From the NCBI GenBank assembly GCA_905178155.1, contig CAJINV010000009.1, forward strand, positions 3,218,768 through 3,282,767: a stretch of 64,000 nt of DNA. Reading direction: 5' to 3'. Position 1 is the stretch's first letter. Each line of letters opens with the position of its first letter. The position numbers were made by a program, and so were the translations under genes. The notes below the pieces were generated by a model that was given only the letters and a program-made list of their open reading frames with translations, was not told the origin of the DNA and searched no databases. The stretch is from Amoebophrya sp. A120 (lineage: Eukaryota > Protista > Dinoflagellata). Shown in pieces: positions 61,119 to 64,000 of the stretch.

Positions 61119-63360
61119 ATGGTGCTAAGGCGACTGCGAAGGTCGGGCATTGTGCTTCGCTTTCTTTTCGCGAACAGCTTCTTCGATGTCGGCTGGACGG
61201 TGAACAGCATTGTTGGTCATGGAAAAGTGCAGGATCACCGTGATCTCGTCGGAAAAGTACAGGCACAAGAGCAGCAGGCAGGCACCGGAGAACAAGATAG
61301 TATTAGTGGCAAGAAACATAAACATTCCAAGGAAAAGGACGACTGGCATTGCGGCAGCAATAATTCTCAACAGACTTGCGATGGAGCCATCCCAGCTGCA
61401 GCGGTAGGTGAATGCGAAGCTGTGATGTCAAGCCAAAGATGCCAGAGCGCTGTGAAAAGCAAAACTGTACCTGAAAGTCGCCTATGTACAGGAGGTATAT
61501 CTACTTTAAGTACGGTACGATTTTTGGGTTCTAGATCCCGAGCTCGAGCGCGACTCTACACGTGACAATCATAGACAATCGAATCACGCGAGTGCATCAT
61601 GAAAGTGCCGCACGTGAGAAAAGTTGTAGGACTTCCTCTCAATGAAAATAATTCAGGTTCGTGTTTTCCGTTCTTCGCGGCAGCGCTACGGGATTGGCGT
61701 ACTGGAACGGAGCGGCAGGTTAGGTTGGATAAAACCCAATCCTCTGTTGATGGGGCCATGCGTGACTTCACGACTGCCGAAAAGAATCCGACAGGGCGCA
61801 AGGCCGCTGGTAGCCAGACAAGTCCGGACGCGAGATCAGGGCGGAGTACCCGAGCTCCACCAGCGGGAAGACAAAATTTGCCGCGAGAACAATTAGCGCC
61901 AGCTCCTCAAGAAGCCATTGCTCCAGCTCTGCCGGTCGGTGACCAAGCAGACGAAGACTTGCTCAGCAAAATCATGGGCGCGGAAGCGGGCCTCATGTTC
62001 TCCGGTGAGAAAAAACTGCTCAACGAAAACCAAGGGGTTTTGAGTTTCCTTTCCGCCCAAGACGTCGGAAAGCTGTTGCAGTCCACTAAGGCCGGCTTCG
62101 GTGGAAAAGTTGCTGTTGCAGCCCATGCGCAGCACCGCAGTGACACTGCCATGGAGAGCCGTACAGAAAGCTGTGAGGATCTCTTTCTTGAGGTCTTGCG
62201 CGAACGGATTGGAGCGAAGCGACCCGAGGATTATTGGAATAGGCAGATAGACATGGGGGTCGATTACCTTGAACATTTCCTCTCCCAGATGCATCGCGAC
62301 CGAAATGCATGGAAACTTCATCCACCGCAGAGAATCACATCGCCAGGGGAAAAACCGAAGCATGATTGGACCGTACTTTATAATATATACTTCATAAATT
62401 CATCATAAAAGCCTTTTTTTGTCAGCATTTAATCGCATTTGATTTGCCGTGTGGCTGTGTTTTCGTTCTTGGCAACGCCAGCGGTATCTTACTGGAAAAG
62501 TCTTGCCCGATGACTAGCTACTGGTTAGAAGATTTGACAAACTCTGATGTTGAAAAAGATCAGTCATTTTTTCGCACTAATAGGTTTACCTGTTGATGAC
62601 GATGGCGTCAGAAACATGTGGGCCCGCAGCACCACATCGGCGCGCGGATAGCACCAACAAGTGGCTCCTGTACAACTCAAAAGCTCTGGCCACGGGTTGT
62701 CACAGAAACGATCGAGCTTTCTTCCGCGAAGTCCTAGATTTTTTTCACGAGGATGTGCCGGAGCAGAGAAGGTCTTTTATGACGAGGCTTCTCAAACGAG
62801 ACACGCAGTCAAAGGTAGTGATCTGGAATCCGCCTAAAACCAATTCTTTTTCTCGGCAGCGTGCCGGCGGCGGTCCACCTGTACGGCTAGTGGACATGTC
62901 TCTGAACCCGAATCAAAAGGCCTTGGATGAGAGGTGTCGGCTCGGGATGGCGACCGAATTTCTTTTCCAAAAACCCAGCCAAGTATACGGACGCTATTTC
63001 CCGGTTCGATTGGGTTATTGCTTGAACACATCCGCGGATCTGTCAGATGACAATGGTGCGAGGCCATGGATAAACTTTTTTCATCGTGATCCTTTACCGC
63101 TTGACGCGCAATATTACACTGCGTTTCGGAAGATGTTCCGGAAGATAGCGCAGAAGTGGCGGACCGATTCTGATGGCTCGGACCTTCGCTGGTCGTACGA
63201 TCAGCTGCAGTGGGACTGGCGGAGCTTACATGGGAAACGGTTGAAACACACGCGTGAGTATCGGGGAAAGCATCCAAGCCTGCCCGTGCCGGTGATGTTA
63301 GCCGACAGGCCTTCAGAGTTTCTCGTCCAGGTTCCAACAAAAATCCAGGATGCCGTGTAG
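61119..63360 (+). CDS. Kinase-less paralog of 47483-49630 (F-box-like motif plus the unrecognised domain); 5' exon uncertain, ORF from 61599 is solid
   Basis: CEDLFLEVL..RPEDYWNRQIDMGVDY..WT|VYLLMTMASETC..DRAFFREVLDFFHE..RCRLGMATEFLFQ..GYCLNT..FRKIAQKWRTDSDGSDLRWSY. GT-AG intron at 62373-62583. Confidence 0.7.
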
Positions 63361-64000
63361 CGGATTATGTATGTATAGTCTTGTCCTGAAGACCTTTTGC
63401 GGAAAAAGTAGCGGACTGATTTAATCATCAGACCACATGAAGCACACTTTATATTATAAGGTTGTACGGAATTGAGATGATTCTCATACCATTATCACGT
63501 TGTCGAGCACGTAATTCGTTAGGCTTATCGTTCTGATGTGCCCGAGCCAAGTGTCGAACAACTGGAATCAAGTATTTTCCGCAATCCTTTTTCTGTACGT
63601 GCACGTCGTCGTGGATGTGCCTCTAAGCAAAGAAAGTGCTTCTAATAAACATGTCTTCGTCATCCACTTAGCTGCAACTTTGAGTACGAATGTGCTGTAT
63701 GTATGATGGCTACTTGCCCTTTAAGCAGAAATACACTTTGTATGACGTGTTGTTTTGTTGTTGATATATTTTTATGATTTTCAGACGTATGCTATATTTC
63801 TATTTGTAAAATGAAAATGCAGAGACAAAATATTCATTCTATAATTTGATTGTATGATCGTAATATCTGGATCTGGCGGTAGCAAGCTCATGCTTGTGGT
63901 TGTGGGCAACAGCCGCAGCAGGTCCGGCGAAGACGTCGAAGGCAGACCTATCTGATCTTTTTATGTTATTGTAGTGTGTTGCTACAAAAAAGGAGGATGA

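Noticed and set aside
1-64000. rRNA, tRNA or dinoflagellate spliced-leader relics
   Set aside because: None were recognised by eye; tRNAscan-SE or Infernal would be needed to exclude them.

Overview
Eukaryotic, intron-rich genomic DNA with every recognisable gene on the + strand. The intron style points to a parasitic dinoflagellate of the Amoebophrya/Syndiniales type (inference from intron architecture only). Most introns in the conserved genes are 150-400 bp introner-like elements with terminal inverted repeats (TIRs) running TAT...ATA and a 5-bp target-site duplication (TSD). Removing one element plus one TSD copy restores the reading frame, usually without GT-AG ends. Doing this by hand gives: a partial EF-hand-like gene (<1-1429), a multi-EF-hand gene (2470-6583), a TEX261/Svp26-like membrane protein (8078-12311), a ZRANB3 SNF2 helicase with HNH nuclease and 12 introner introns (13478-24559), and an SR splicing factor (26022-33628). 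One 4.8-kb intron of the SR gene holds a TIR-bounded, non-coding satellite element. The right half is a tandem cluster that includes a ~10.5-kb duplication. It has two genes with the layout Mps1/TTK-like kinase + TM helix + mucin-like stalk + an unrecognised Cys/Trp-rich ~300-aa domain. These alternate with two kinase-less genes that carry the same domain behind an F-box-like motif. This cluster is the best candidate for an undescribed system. All exon structures are manual reconstructions without transcript support.
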